Assembly (NCBI GenBank): GCA_963766885.1
Contig: CAVYBO010000002.1
Location: forward strand, 464,606-528,605
DNA length: 64,000 bases
From: an uncultured bacterium
GTDB taxonomy: Bacteria; Patescibacteriota; Minisyncoccia; Phycocordibacterales; CAIRYW01
Direction: 5' to 3'
Position 1 is the first letter of the stretch, and each line of letters opens with the position of its first letter. Below the pieces are notes generated by a model. It was not told the DNA's origin. It was given only the letters and a program-made list of their open reading frames with translations, and ran no database searches. Shown one piece after another: positions 40,191-49,776 of the stretch. The translations under genes and the position numbers were made by a program.

Positions 40191-40970
40191 TCACTGCTTC
40201 CGGGAGGCGGAGACACCGAGGTTGTCGCGGCGGCTGCCGTCCCAGTCGTCGTCGACGAGCAGACCCCCGGCACCGAAGCCGCCGAGGATCACACGGTTGC
40301 CATCCGAGTCGAGATCAACGCAGCGAACGTAGACCTTCTCGAACAGACGCTCGCCGGTGGCGAGGAAGTGGCCGATGATGGTGTAGACCATCACTTGCGC
40401 CTTCGGCGTTTCCTCGTCTTTCGAGAGGAGAGCCTGCTGTTCGGTCCAGTTTTTGCTCGTTGAGTCGGCAACGGGTTCCTTGCGGACCAGTTGCCAGCCG
40501 ACTTCGCCTTTGTCCTTGGCGAACGATTCCTTGTTGTACCAGTCCTGGTTGTAGAACGGGCACTTGCTCTTGGCGATGCCACGGATGTCGAGGATCGAGA
40601 GTGGAAACACGGCGACGAGAATGTGCGTGTCCTTGCAGGACCGGAGCACTTCCTCGGAGAACGGAACTTCGGCCAGAGTGGCGATCTGCTGCTTCGAAGG
40701 GTTAACCCCAAAGTACTTGATTGCTTCCTCGATACCGAAGAAGTTCGCTCCCATGATTTCGCGGGCTTTGAGCCATTGCGGATTCAGGCTTGTGGATGAT
40801 TTGTCCGACAGCCAGAGATTGTCCACTGCAAATCCTGCGAGTCTAGTAAGATACTCCTGATCGATGTTGATACGTTCTGCTACTGCATCGGCGTGATCGC
40901 CGAGTGTAACCCAGAAGCGTTGTTGTGCGCCGTTTATTTCACCGGCTGGAACTTGAGTCCAATTTTTCAT
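40191..40970 (-). CDS. DGR target protein with C-terminal VR (predicted CLec-like fold), 259 aa
   Basis: ATG 40970 MKNWTQV...; ends RCVDLDSDGNRVILGGFGAGGLLVDDDWDGSRRDNLGVSASRKQ*; no signal peptide apparent. Confidence 0.9.
   Translation of the reverse strand: MKNWTQVPAGEINGAQQRFWVTLGDHADAVAERINIDQEYLTRLAGFAVDNLWLSDKSSTSLNPQWLKAREIMGANFFGIEEAIKYFGVNPSKQQIATLAEVPFSEEVLRSCKDTHILVAVFPLSILDIRGIAKSKCPFYNQDWYNKESFAKDKGEVGWQLVRKEPVADSTSKNWTEQQALLSKDEETPKAQVMVYTIIGHFLATGERLFEKVYVRCVDLDSDGNRVILGGFGAGGLLVDDDWDGSRRDNLGVSASRKQ
40200..40314 (-). repeat. DGR variable repeat (VR)
   Basis: 18 mismatches to TR, all at TR adenines (14 A>G, 2 A>C, 2 A>T); invariant GC-rich 3' end TCTCCGCCTCCCGG. Confidence 0.97.
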
Positions 40971-41059
40971 GATGCGTGGTTTCTTTCTGTTAGCTCTTTT
41001 GAAATTATCGGGAGAGCGACTAGTGAGAATACGATCTCGGATATTACGTCTTGTCTTTG

Positions 41060-41170
41060 TGAGACGAGCTTTATATGTCCTTCGAAAGGGCACAAAAAGC
41101 TCGTCTCAAGCAGTGATAACTTGTCAAAGAAGTTTGGGTATATTATATCACATTTTATAGACTTTTGCAA
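41060..41170 (-). promoter_or_regulatory. Promoter and structured leader of the DGR target gene
   Basis: TTGCAA-N17(ending TGA)-TATAAT at 41170-41142; boxA-like CTTCTTTGACAA at 41132-41121; 13-bp stem 41060-41072/41096-41108. Confidence 0.65.
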
Positions 41171-41201
41171 GTTCAAAATAACTCCTATTTTATAATTAAA
41201 T

Positions 41202-42386
41202 TTACGAGAAAATCTTTTGGAGCCAAGAAATGTTTTGTGTTTGGAAATTTTCTTTGATTGCTTCAATGCCAGGCAAAGTACCGTTGGCTAGAAAATCAAG
41301 CATCGCTCCGCCTCCTGTAGAAACAAAATACATTTTTTCCATTATATTCAGGTGCTCAATTGACGCCACTGTGTCTCCGCCTCCGACAATTGACGTGGCT
41401 TTGGATTCTGCAATCGCTTTGGCGCAGGCTTCGTTGCCCTCAACTCCGCCTTCTTCAAAATATCCAAGCGGTCCGTTCCAGACAATAAATTTAGCTTCGT
41501 CAATTAATACTTTGAGATTTTTCTCCGTTTCTGTGCCAATATCCCAGATTTTTTCTCCGACAGAAATTTTGTCAGGAGGTTTTACACTGACAAATCCCCT
41601 GCTTTGAGCGCGAACATCAACAGGTAAAATTATTTTACCGCTACCAACTGCACCTTGGAATTTTTTAATTTCTTGCGAATCAGCTCCAGCGCTATCACCA
41701 ATAAACAAGCCTTGAGATTTGAAAAAGCTGTTGGCGATAGCCCCGCCGATGAATATCTTGTCTGCAATATTAAAAAACTTTTGTATGAGCGGAAGTTTGG
41801 TTTCAAATTTTATTCCTCCGACAATAAGCAAAAACGGATGCTCCGGATGAAACGCCAAACTTAATTCTTTTATTTCTTTTTCAAATTCAAAGCCTATACA
41901 TGACGGCAAAAGTTTTGGCACACCAACCACTGAAGCATGACTTCTGTGAGAAACCGAGAACGCATCATTTACAAAATAATCTGCAAAGCTTGCTAAACGC
42001 TTTGAAAAATCTAAGTCGTTAGATTTTTCTCCGCTCCAATTCCGAAGATTTTCAAACAGTACAAAACCTCCGTCTTTCATTCTCTTGGCCTCGTCTTCAG
42101 CTTTGACAGAAAAGATATCTTTGACAAAGACAAGCCTTGGAAAAATATTTACTAAATATTTTGCAACAGGCTCAAGCGTTCCTTTGTCATCTTCCAAATG
42201 AGAAGCGATTACCGTATGCGCGCCAGCATCGTATAAGAATTTCAGGGTCCTCAAAGACCTTTCAATTCTGAACGAATCCGTGACCTCACCGTCTTTGATC
42301 GGCACATTAAGATCAAGGCGAAGTAAGACTTTTTTGCCTTTCAGATTTTTGCAATTTTTTAAAGTCGGAATTCTTAGGTTTTCCAT
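41202..42386 (-). CDS. pgk: Phosphoglycerate kinase
   Basis: RLDLNVP, ENLR, VNDAFSVSHR, WNGPLG.FE, GGGDT, STGGGA. Confidence 0.97.
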   Translation of the reverse strand: MENLRIPTLKNCKNLKGKKVLLRLDLNVPIKDGEVTDSFRIERSLRTLKFLYDAGAHTVIASHLEDDKGTLEPVAKYLVNIFPRLVFVKDIFSVKAEDEAKRMKDGGFVLFENLRNWSGEKSNDLDFSKRLASFADYFVNDAFSVSHRSHASVVGVPKLLPSCIGFEFEKEIKELSLAFHPEHPFLLIVGGIKFETKLPLIQKFFNIADKIFIGGAIANSFFKSQGLFIGDSAGADSQEIKKFQGAVGSGKIILPVDVRAQSRGFVSVKPPDKISVGEKIWDIGTETEKNLKVLIDEAKFIVWNGPLGYFEEGGVEGNEACAKAIAESKATSIVGGGDTVASIEHLNIMEKMYFVSTGGGAMLDFLANGTLPGIEAIKENFQTQNISWLQKIFS

Positions 42387-42405
42387 TTTATAAATTCAGA
42401 AAATT

Positions 42406-43164
42406 TTACAGCGAAGCAATTATTTTTGAAAAAATTTTTGGCTTTAGACTTGCTCTGCCAATCAAAAAGCCATCGACTTTGCCGATTTCTACAAGTTCTT
42501 TACAATCTTTTTCGTCAACAGACCCGCCATAAATTAAAGGTATCTTTGTGCCGATTTTGTTTCCGTAAATTTCTGACAAAGTTCTTCTGATAAAAACAGA
42601 CGTCTCGCAAAGAACTTCTGGATTAATTGCGCCTTTAGCGGCCGATCCAACAGCCCAAATCGGCTCGTATGCGATTATCAATTTTTGCGCATTGTTTTTA
42701 GAAACACCGTGGAGCGAAGATTCAATAATAGATCGAATGGTCAAAAAAAACTGACCGTCTTTGTCGCGAATTTTCTCGCCAACACAAACAATCGGAGTAA
42801 GCTTGCAATTGACAGCCTTGAGAATTTTCTTGGAGACAGTTTCCGAGGTTTCACCCATTGCTCTTCTTTCCGAATGACCAACAATACAAAAACTCCCCCC
42901 AGAATTTTTAATTATTTTTGCACCTACCTCGCCGGTAAAAGCACCGGGGTCTTTGAGAGAAATATCTTGGGAACCGAGAAGCATGCCTTTAGGCAGATTT
43001 TCAAAAATTCCAAAATAAGGAAGTGGAGGGCAAATTACAACCTCTTTTCTGGTCTTGGATTTTTTTGGACGGAGAGATTTTTTCAGATTATTAAAAATAG
43101 CTTTTGCTTCCGCAAAAGAGTTTGGGTTCATTTTCCAGTTTGCAACAATTATTTTCTTCGCCAC
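42406..43164 (-). CDS. tpiA: Triosephosphate isomerase
   Basis: ANWKMN, GAFTGE, GHSERR, AYEPIWAVG, YGGSV, DGFLIGRASL. Confidence 0.97.
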   Translation of the reverse strand: MAKKIIVANWKMNPNSFAEAKAIFNNLKKSLRPKKSKTRKEVVICPPLPYFGIFENLPKGMLLGSQDISLKDPGAFTGEVGAKIIKNSGGSFCIVGHSERRAMGETSETVSKKILKAVNCKLTPIVCVGEKIRDKDGQFFLTIRSIIESSLHGVSKNNAQKLIIAYEPIWAVGSAAKGAINPEVLCETSVFIRRTLSEIYGNKIGTKIPLIYGGSVDEKDCKELVEIGKVDGFLIGRASLKPKIFSKIIASL

Positions 43165-43207
43165 AGGAATATTTTATCAGAAAATACACATTGAAACTAA
43201 TCTTCGA

Positions 43208-45211
43208 CTAATTTGAAGTCTCTTGATAGCTTGAAACGTTCCAACTTCCAGAGGGGCCGTTTGTGAAATCAAGGCTAGCCAGTCCAGTTTGATATGTAAT
43301 TGAAGAGCCGCCATCCACATCGATTGCATTCGCTGCAACAGAGTTGGCTGATGCGCCGCCGACAAAAGTGGCTGTGCCGTTCGGAGCTTCCACCACCACC
43401 GCTCCCGCTCCGCCGTTTATATTGACCGCAGAGATTGAGCTGCTTGTTGTAATTGCAACAATATAGCTGCCGGAACTTCCCGATCCCGTCATATACCCGC
43501 CTCCTGAAATACTTAGGTTGCCATTTGATATTAAATAACCATCATTTGCGCCAAAGGAGCTGTCCAACTGAACTTTTCCTCCCCCAGAAACCGTGACACT
43601 TCCATTAACAAACATCATCCCTTTCATATCCAGAGTGCTGCCGCCCGACACTGAAAGAGTCCCAGTCACAACATTTGTTGTCCCAACGGTTGCAGTACCA
43701 GAACCAACCGTAAAGTTTCCGCCTGCCTTTAGCGTGGTGGCATTAAATGCGCAGCCGCTTTCAACATCCACGCTTCCAGTAACATACAAACTTCCGAATG
43801 TTGCCGGGCTGTTGCTGCAATCCAAAGTAAGATTGCCGTTCACTTCGGTCAAACTTGAAGTTGTAGTGCCGGCATAATTTATCGTCAAGTTTCCGTTGTA
43901 AGTCCATCCTCCGGAAACATTTGTAGCGGATGAAATTGCACTTTCCCAATCAGTGATGTTGCCGGATGAAATCGGAAACTGCGCTGCCACAGGATCGCTT
44001 CCTTTTGTGCCATTGCAGCTTTCTGATGTTCCTGAAGAATTCATTAGATAATTGCTTATCTGACAATATCCAGTACCTGTAACTTTGGCATAATCTATTT
44101 CGTGAGCCCAAGCATTACCGCCGATTGTTATTGGGTTGTACTGACTGCCAGTTGAGGCCGCAATCACTCCGAAACTTCCTCCAAGATAAACATTAAAATA
44201 AAGATCGGCTGTGGAAGGAGTTTCATTGCTCCACGTTCCATTTGCTCCATATGCTCCAGATTCCACTTTTGAAGCTCCGTTCGCATATGTATTATTTGTG
44301 GCAGCCAGAGTGTAATAATTTGTGGATGAAACTGAAGGGACAGTCACGACTATCCAATATGTAGTATTCAAAGATGGTGTTGGCGCAGGTGAAATTGGTA
44401 CCGTGATATAAGAATATCCTGAACTTACAAGACTGGCACTCAGTGTTCCTGAACCTAAACTTGTGCTTGAAGGCTTGCCAGAAGAATCTGCTGTAATGTA
44501 AACAGTAGCGTTTGACGGACTGCCGGTTTTTTCTATATAAAGACTTACCTCTGTGATTGAACTTGTGGCAGTAACTTTAAAACTTTGAGCGATTGTTTGC
44601 GTGCTCGAAGTGGTTCCGAAACTTAAATTGTAATCAGGAGTAGAACTTGAGTTTGATTGGTTGGCAGTAGGGTTGGATAAATTTGCAACTGTAACCGATC
44701 CGGTAATTGTGGAACTTTGGGTGCCATACACGCTTCCGTTTGAATACAAACTTCCGTTGATTGTTGCTGAACCCAGAGTAACTCCGCCCGTTCCGACTTG
44801 AAGTCCATAATTAAATGACGCTCCAGCGCCCTCCGAGACAGAAAGCGTGGAAATTCTTGTGGAGCCGTTTGAAACACCCGAACTTTTGATTGTCTCTCCA
44901 CCTGAAGTAGTCGTCACAGCCGCCGTTCCTGAAACTCCGCTTGTTGTGAAAGGCAGCGTTACACTTGAGCTAAGAGTATAGCCTTTGTTCAAAGCATAAT
45001 AGGCATCATCGCTGACAGAATCTGCTGCCGCAAAGCTCTGGCGAGATTTTATCAAATCCCGTGAGTTCTTGATTTGGTTGGCCGTAGGCAACGTGGCTCC
45101 GGCAATCAAAGCCAGAGACATAATCATAAAAAACGTCAGCGCAACCAGTACCGCTTGGCCTTTTTTGAATTCTTTCTTTTGTTTTATTATTTTTTTAAAA
45201 AAATTTTTCAT
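43208..45211 (-). CDS. PilX-like minor pilin with large Ser/Thr/Gly-rich beta-rich adhesin region
   Basis: KKGQAVLVALTFF prepilin-like N-terminus without E5; last gene of the pilin series. Confidence 0.7.
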   Translation of the reverse strand: MKNFFKKIIKQKKEFKKGQAVLVALTFFMIMSLALIAGATLPTANQIKNSRDLIKSRQSFAAADSVSDDAYYALNKGYTLSSSVTLPFTTSGVSGTAAVTTTSGGETIKSSGVSNGSTRISTLSVSEGAGASFNYGLQVGTGGVTLGSATINGSLYSNGSVYGTQSSTITGSVTVANLSNPTANQSNSSSTPDYNLSFGTTSSTQTIAQSFKVTATSSITEVSLYIEKTGSPSNATVYITADSSGKPSSTSLGSGTLSASLVSSGYSYITVPISPAPTPSLNTTYWIVVTVPSVSSTNYYTLAATNNTYANGASKVESGAYGANGTWSNETPSTADLYFNVYLGGSFGVIAASTGSQYNPITIGGNAWAHEIDYAKVTGTGYCQISNYLMNSSGTSESCNGTKGSDPVAAQFPISSGNITDWESAISSATNVSGGWTYNGNLTINYAGTTTSSLTEVNGNLTLDCSNSPATFGSLYVTGSVDVESGCAFNATTLKAGGNFTVGSGTATVGTTNVVTGTLSVSGGSTLDMKGMMFVNGSVTVSGGGKVQLDSSFGANDGYLISNGNLSISGGGYMTGSGSSGSYIVAITTSSSISAVNINGGAGAVVVEAPNGTATFVGGASANSVAANAIDVDGGSSITYQTGLASLDFTNGPSGSWNVSSYQETSN

Positions 45212-45218
45212 TGAATTA

Positions 45219-45731
45219 TTAATACGAGCCTCGCAAAACCGCTGAGTCCTCAAAAGATTTTGCCGGCGTTCCAGATGTTTGGAGAGTCATCAATATTTGG
45301 ACTCCTGAAGAATTTGAATTGGAAAAATAATTAAATGTCAGATTGGAAACCGTAACATCAGACAAAGTCAGCGGCCCCAATTGCGTGCCGTTTTGGTCAA
45401 CATATAAAACCCCATTCGTTAAATAAAATTTCAAAGTCTCTGAAGTGCCTGTCGGGGTGTTTCCGTTCAAAGTCAAAACTCCGTTCGAGGTTCCAAATGT
45501 TGACTGCGAGGCATTTACGGAATCCGCGTCCCTGATTTCCCGTTCCATCCTGTCCATTGCAGCAACAGCAGAATTTTCAACATCCCTTATTGTTCTCATT
45601 TTTTTGTACGCCTTAACAATACTCGCGGTGCTCCAGATAATTGCTGAAATCAAAATGCAGAGCAAAGCAATATAGATAATTGTCTCAACCAAAGAATAGC
45701 CGCTTTTTTTATTTTTAATTGTTGAAATCAT
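45219..45731 (-). CDS. Type IV minor pilin (PilW/GspJ-like)
   Basis: KSGYSLVETIIYIALL prepilin motif; MDRMEREIRDA. Confidence 0.8.
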   Translation of the reverse strand: MISTIKNKKSGYSLVETIIYIALLCILISAIIWSTASIVKAYKKMRTIRDVENSAVAAMDRMEREIRDADSVNASQSTFGTSNGVLTLNGNTPTGTSETLKFYLTNGVLYVDQNGTQLGPLTLSDVTVSNLTFNYFSNSNSSGVQILMTLQTSGTPAKSFEDSAVLRGSY

Positions 45732-46227
45732 TGAATAAATAAGTCTCAAGAATCTGGCTTGTAGTGGCATTTCCATTTTTCCAAGACACGGTGATTGTTG
45801 CTTTCCTGCTTCCAGAGTCCACAGTTCCTCCACTTGATACAACATTAAAATTTGAATCCCTGCTTACGCTTGATAAAACAAAACTTCTTTGAAATTTGCT
45901 TTCAACAAAAGTATTGACCGTCGAAGATGTCCATAAGTTTGAAGTCGAGTTGTAAGTCAAATAATAAGTGTTCCCGACAGTGAGAGCTGCGATGTTTGAA
46001 GTCCATCCAGCGTCTCTGATCGAGCGCAAGGCCTCGCTTCCTTCTTCCAATAAAAATCCTGCTTGAACATAAGAAGTATCTCTTTCCGCAAACTGCGTGA
46101 CTATAGAAAAGCACCAGAAAACTCCGACCCAAAGCGCAAGCATTACTGCCGCTCCAATCATTATTTCAACCAAGCTGAAACCTTTTGTTTTTTTATTATG
46201 AATTTTGCCTTTCATTATGTTAATCAT
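45715..46227 (-). CDS. Type IV minor pilin (PilV-like)
   Basis: KGFSLVEIMIG; QAGFLLEEGSEALRSIRD; ITVSW. Confidence 0.8.
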   Translation of the reverse strand: MINIMKGKIHNKKTKGFSLVEIMIGAAVMLALWVGVFWCFSIVTQFAERDTSYVQAGFLLEEGSEALRSIRDAGWTSNIAALTVGNTYYLTYNSTSNLWTSSTVNTFVESKFQRSFVLSSVSRDSNFNVVSSGGTVDSGSRKATITVSWKNGNATTSQILETYLFNDFNN

Positions 46228-46682
46228 TGTGAAATGCCAGAACCATAAATCGTAATCACCGTTGAATTGCCTTTTGATGAAAGAGTTACGGTGCCTGTCG
46301 TACTTGGAATGCCTGTGACTTTATTGAAATAAAAACTTGTCGTCGCGTTAGAAAGGACAGTTGAAATCTTTGAAACAGCTAAATTATACACCGCGTCCCT
46401 AGCCGCCCCATCCACATTTGTCCCCTGAAACAGAAGCACCGAAGAATGTCCGAACGAAATACCATGTTCAACGCTTTCATCCCCGTTTAAAGCCATTGTC
46501 CTTGCCTTGGATAAGGCAGAGAGGACTATTGATTTATCCGAGTCCAAAGTGTTTTCACTGGAAGTGCTAATCATTGCAGCCGCGCCAGCCAAAGCCAAAA
46601 TCGTAACGATTGCCAAAACAATAATCAACTCAAGAAAAGTTGCCCCGGATTTTTTATTTTTTTTTGTTCCTGAAAAAAACAT
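46224..46682 (-). CDS. Type IV pilin (FimT/GspH-like)
   Basis: SGATFLELIIVLAIVTIL; LSKARTMAL. Confidence 0.78.
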   Translation of the reverse strand: MFFSGTKKNKKSGATFLELIIVLAIVTILALAGAAAMISTSSENTLDSDKSIVLSALSKARTMALNGDESVEHGISFGHSSVLLFQGTNVDGAARDAVYNLAVSKISTVLSNATTSFYFNKVTGIPSTTGTVTLSSKGNSTVITIYGSGISQ

Positions 46683-47896
46683 TATGGTGAAATATTGTTA
46701 AGCACTGTATACATCGGAGTAATCATTGAAACGGCAAAAAATCCCACCGCCAAACCTATGACAACCATAAGTACTGGTTCTATTACGGTAGACATATCCT
46801 TGGTCTTTTGCTCAACTTCATTTTCATAATATTCCGCGGTTTGTTTTAACATATCTGAAAGCTTCCCCGTCTCTTCCCCAACGCTTGCCATTTCAGCCAT
46901 AAAAGCAGGATACAAATCTTCATGTTGCTCGAATATCCCTGAAATCGGCTCTCCTTTTTGTATAACAGCGGCCATTTGATCCAAAACAGTTTTATAAAAA
47001 GAATTTTGGATGACATCTTTGGTAATTTGCACAGCCTTAACCATGTCTACACCAGAAGAAAGAAGCGATGACATTGTCCTGGCTGTCCTTGCGGAATTAG
47101 TTTCTTTGGTAAGCACTCCTATAACAGGCAGTCTGAGAATTATAATTTCATAAAGTTTTTTGCCCCAGGAGCTCCTAAAAACATAGACAAATCCTGAAAT
47201 AAAAAGTATCACTCCTAAAGATAAAAGAACGTAATGATTTATGACGGTGCTGCTGATATCAAGAATCACCTGTGTTGATCCAGGGATTGGAGCATTAAGG
47301 TCTTTGAAAGTTGAAGTTAAAGTAGGCACAACAAATATGAGCATCAGGACCGCAATTACAAGCATCAAAGTTATAACGATAGCAGGATAAATCATCGCTC
47401 CTTTGATTTTTTTGGCTAAGGTATAATTTTTTTCCATCTGATTTGCCACAAGCATCAAAGATTCCGAAAGTGATCCGCTTTCTTCTCCTGCGCGCACCAT
47501 TGAAATAAAAAGTGAATTGAATGTGTCAGGAAAACTTTCAAGGGCATCATGAAAAGTCTTGCCCTCAGCCACTGATTTGATAACTACGCCCAGCATGTTT
47601 TTCATCTTTTCTGACTTTGACTGCTTTTCTATCACTTGAAGCCCTCTGGAAAGAGCAAGTCCGGCCTTCAACATTGAACCTAAATTCTTGGCAAAAATAA
47701 TTTTGTCATGGGTGCCAATTTTATTTCCAATAAAGGGAATTTTGATATTCAGACTTCCCGAGCCTCCCGCTTTAGAAAATTTTATTAGCGATAGATTTTC
47801 TTTTTTTAGTTCAGCAAAAAGAGCAAACTTGTCTGCAGCATCAAAAACACCTTCGCCTATTTGCTCCCCATTTTTATAACTGACTTTGAATTTCAT
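46682..47896 (-). CDS. pilC: Type IV pilus/T2SS inner-membrane platform protein (PilC/GspF)
   Basis: MLKAGL, AGEESGSL, AMIYP, VGEETGKL, IEP. Confidence 0.92.
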   Translation of the reverse strand: MKFKVSYKNGEQIGEGVFDAADKFALFAELKKENLSLIKFSKAGGSGSLNIKIPFIGNKIGTHDKIIFAKNLGSMLKAGLALSRGLQVIEKQSKSEKMKNMLGVVIKSVAEGKTFHDALESFPDTFNSLFISMVRAGEESGSLSESLMLVANQMEKNYTLAKKIKGAMIYPAIVITLMLVIAVLMLIFVVPTLTSTFKDLNAPIPGSTQVILDISSTVINHYVLLSLGVILFISGFVYVFRSSWGKKLYEIIILRLPVIGVLTKETNSARTARTMSSLLSSGVDMVKAVQITKDVIQNSFYKTVLDQMAAVIQKGEPISGIFEQHEDLYPAFMAEMASVGEETGKLSDMLKQTAEYYENEVEQKTKDMSTVIEPVLMVVIGLAVGFFAVSMITPMYTVLNNISP

Positions 47897-47898
47897 AA

Positions 47899-49647
47899 TT
47901 ACTCCGAAATGACTCTGAGCACTTCTTCTATTGTGGTGTACCCTTTTATGGCTTTGACAATACCATCTTCAATCATTGAGAGCATCCCGTCTTTTTTGGC
48001 TTGAATTTCTATTTCGTCGGCAGAAGAATTTTTCATTATCAAGTTTCTGATTGTTGGAGTAATCCTTAAAACCTCATGAATACCGATTCGGGAATGATAA
48101 CCGTCAGGATATTCTTTGGAAGGAGATGCTTTCCAGAATTCAACATCTTTCCAAGTAGCATCCGGACCGACTATTTTTTCTTCTTTCAAAACAGCAAGAA
48201 CTCTCTCTGTATTTATTTTGGAAGTTAAATTTTTTATTTCCGCCTCAGTTAATTTAAATTTTTCCTTGGGTTTTTCAAGCCTTCGCACAAGCCTTTGACC
48301 GATGATAATCTGCAAAGTAGAAACCAAAAGAAACGGTTCGGCCTTCATATCAATAAGTCTTGGTATGGCTCCTGCAGCAGAGTTGGTATGAAGAGTTGAA
48401 AGCACTAAGTGTCCGGTAAGCGCAGCATTTATTGCAAGTGAAGCTGTTTCATCATCTCTGATTTCTCCAACCATAATTATATCCGGGTCCTGCCTGACCA
48501 AGCTCCTCAATCCTGAAGAAAAAGTAAATCCTATATCTGGCTTGACCTGTGTCTGATTTATCCTTTTCATCTGATATTCAATCGGATCTTCAATAGTTGA
48601 GATGTTTACATCCGGAGTGTTTAAAAGATCAAGCAGTGTGTAGAGCGTTGTGGTTTTTCCGCTTCCTGTCGGGCCAGTTGTTAGAATCATTCCTGTGGTT
48701 AAATTCATTGCTTGGTGAAGTTTTTCCAACGCTTCTCCAAAAAATCCCAACCCCTCAAGAGAAAATCCTGCACCGTTTTCTCTAAGCAATCTCATCACAG
48801 TCTTCTCTCCATAGTAAGTCGGAAGCATTGAAACACGGAAAGAAATCTGTTCACCGTTTATATCCATTTTGAATCGGCCATCCTGGGGCAAACGTTTTTC
48901 ATCCAGCTTCAAATTTGAAAGTACTTTTATTCTAGCTGTAATTCCGGCGCCTGCAGCTTTGGGTAAAATCATTGCGTCATGGAGAATGCCATCTATTCTA
49001 TACCTGATAATTACTTCATTCTCATACGGCTCAATATGTATGTCGGAAGCATCTTGAATAGCCGCATGCTTTACCAATGTATCTACAATTCTAACTACAG
49101 GAAGTTCTTCTGCGATTTTTTTTAAATCGTCTCCACTGGATTCTGTAATTTTGCCAAAATCTTCCGAAAGTCTCCCTGCTTCATTTTTGATAATATCTCC
49201 GAAGTCTGCTTTCAGGCTTTTCTGATATTGGAGCAATGCCGATTTTATAGAATCAACATTGGTAAGTCGCGGCAATATTCTAAGTCCGGTTTTCTTCTTG
49301 ATAAAACTTATTTCCGAAAAGTCTTCCACATCAAGCATGGCTACTTCAAGATCAGTTTCCGTTTTTTTGAAAGCAATAATGTTGTGCTTCCTGGCAATCG
49401 GCTCAGGAATCAAAGATAGAGTGGCAAAATCAAGCTTCTTGTCTTTCAAATCAACAAATGTGATTCCAAGCACATAAGCTTTGATGCGGATTAAATCATC
49501 TTCGCTTAGTTTGCCCTGGCGTACCAAAACATTTCCAATATCATCTTTCGCATCAAGGGCTTCTTTTTTGGCCGCATCCAAATCCTGTCTGGAAACCAGA
49601 CCCGAATCGAAAATAAATTTTTCAAGTTGTGTTGATTCAATAACCAT
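47899..49647 (-). CDS. pilB: Type IV pilus assembly ATPase (PilB/GspE)
   Basis: ASDIHIEP, RLPQDGR, TGPTGSGKTTTLY, EDPIEY, RQDPDIIMVGEIRD, TGHLVLSTLHTN. Confidence 0.93.
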   Translation of the reverse strand: MVIESTQLEKFIFDSGLVSRQDLDAAKKEALDAKDDIGNVLVRQGKLSEDDLIRIKAYVLGITFVDLKDKKLDFATLSLIPEPIARKHNIIAFKKTETDLEVAMLDVEDFSEISFIKKKTGLRILPRLTNVDSIKSALLQYQKSLKADFGDIIKNEAGRLSEDFGKITESSGDDLKKIAEELPVVRIVDTLVKHAAIQDASDIHIEPYENEVIIRYRIDGILHDAMILPKAAGAGITARIKVLSNLKLDEKRLPQDGRFKMDINGEQISFRVSMLPTYYGEKTVMRLLRENGAGFSLEGLGFFGEALEKLHQAMNLTTGMILTTGPTGSGKTTTLYTLLDLLNTPDVNISTIEDPIEYQMKRINQTQVKPDIGFTFSSGLRSLVRQDPDIIMVGEIRDDETASLAINAALTGHLVLSTLHTNSAAGAIPRLIDMKAEPFLLVSTLQIIIGQRLVRRLEKPKEKFKLTEAEIKNLTSKINTERVLAVLKEEKIVGPDATWKDVEFWKASPSKEYPDGYHSRIGIHEVLRITPTIRNLIMKNSSADEIEIQAKKDGMLSMIEDGIVKAIKGYTTIEEVLRVISE

Positions 49648-49776
49648 TTGAGAGAATATTGAACTAATTATATCAGATAACAATCTCTCAAGAAAACAAA
49701 ACTATGAAAATTAATAGCCAAAAAACAGCTCCTAGTAATTACTAAAAGCTGTTTTTCTTTTATGACTAATAATATT

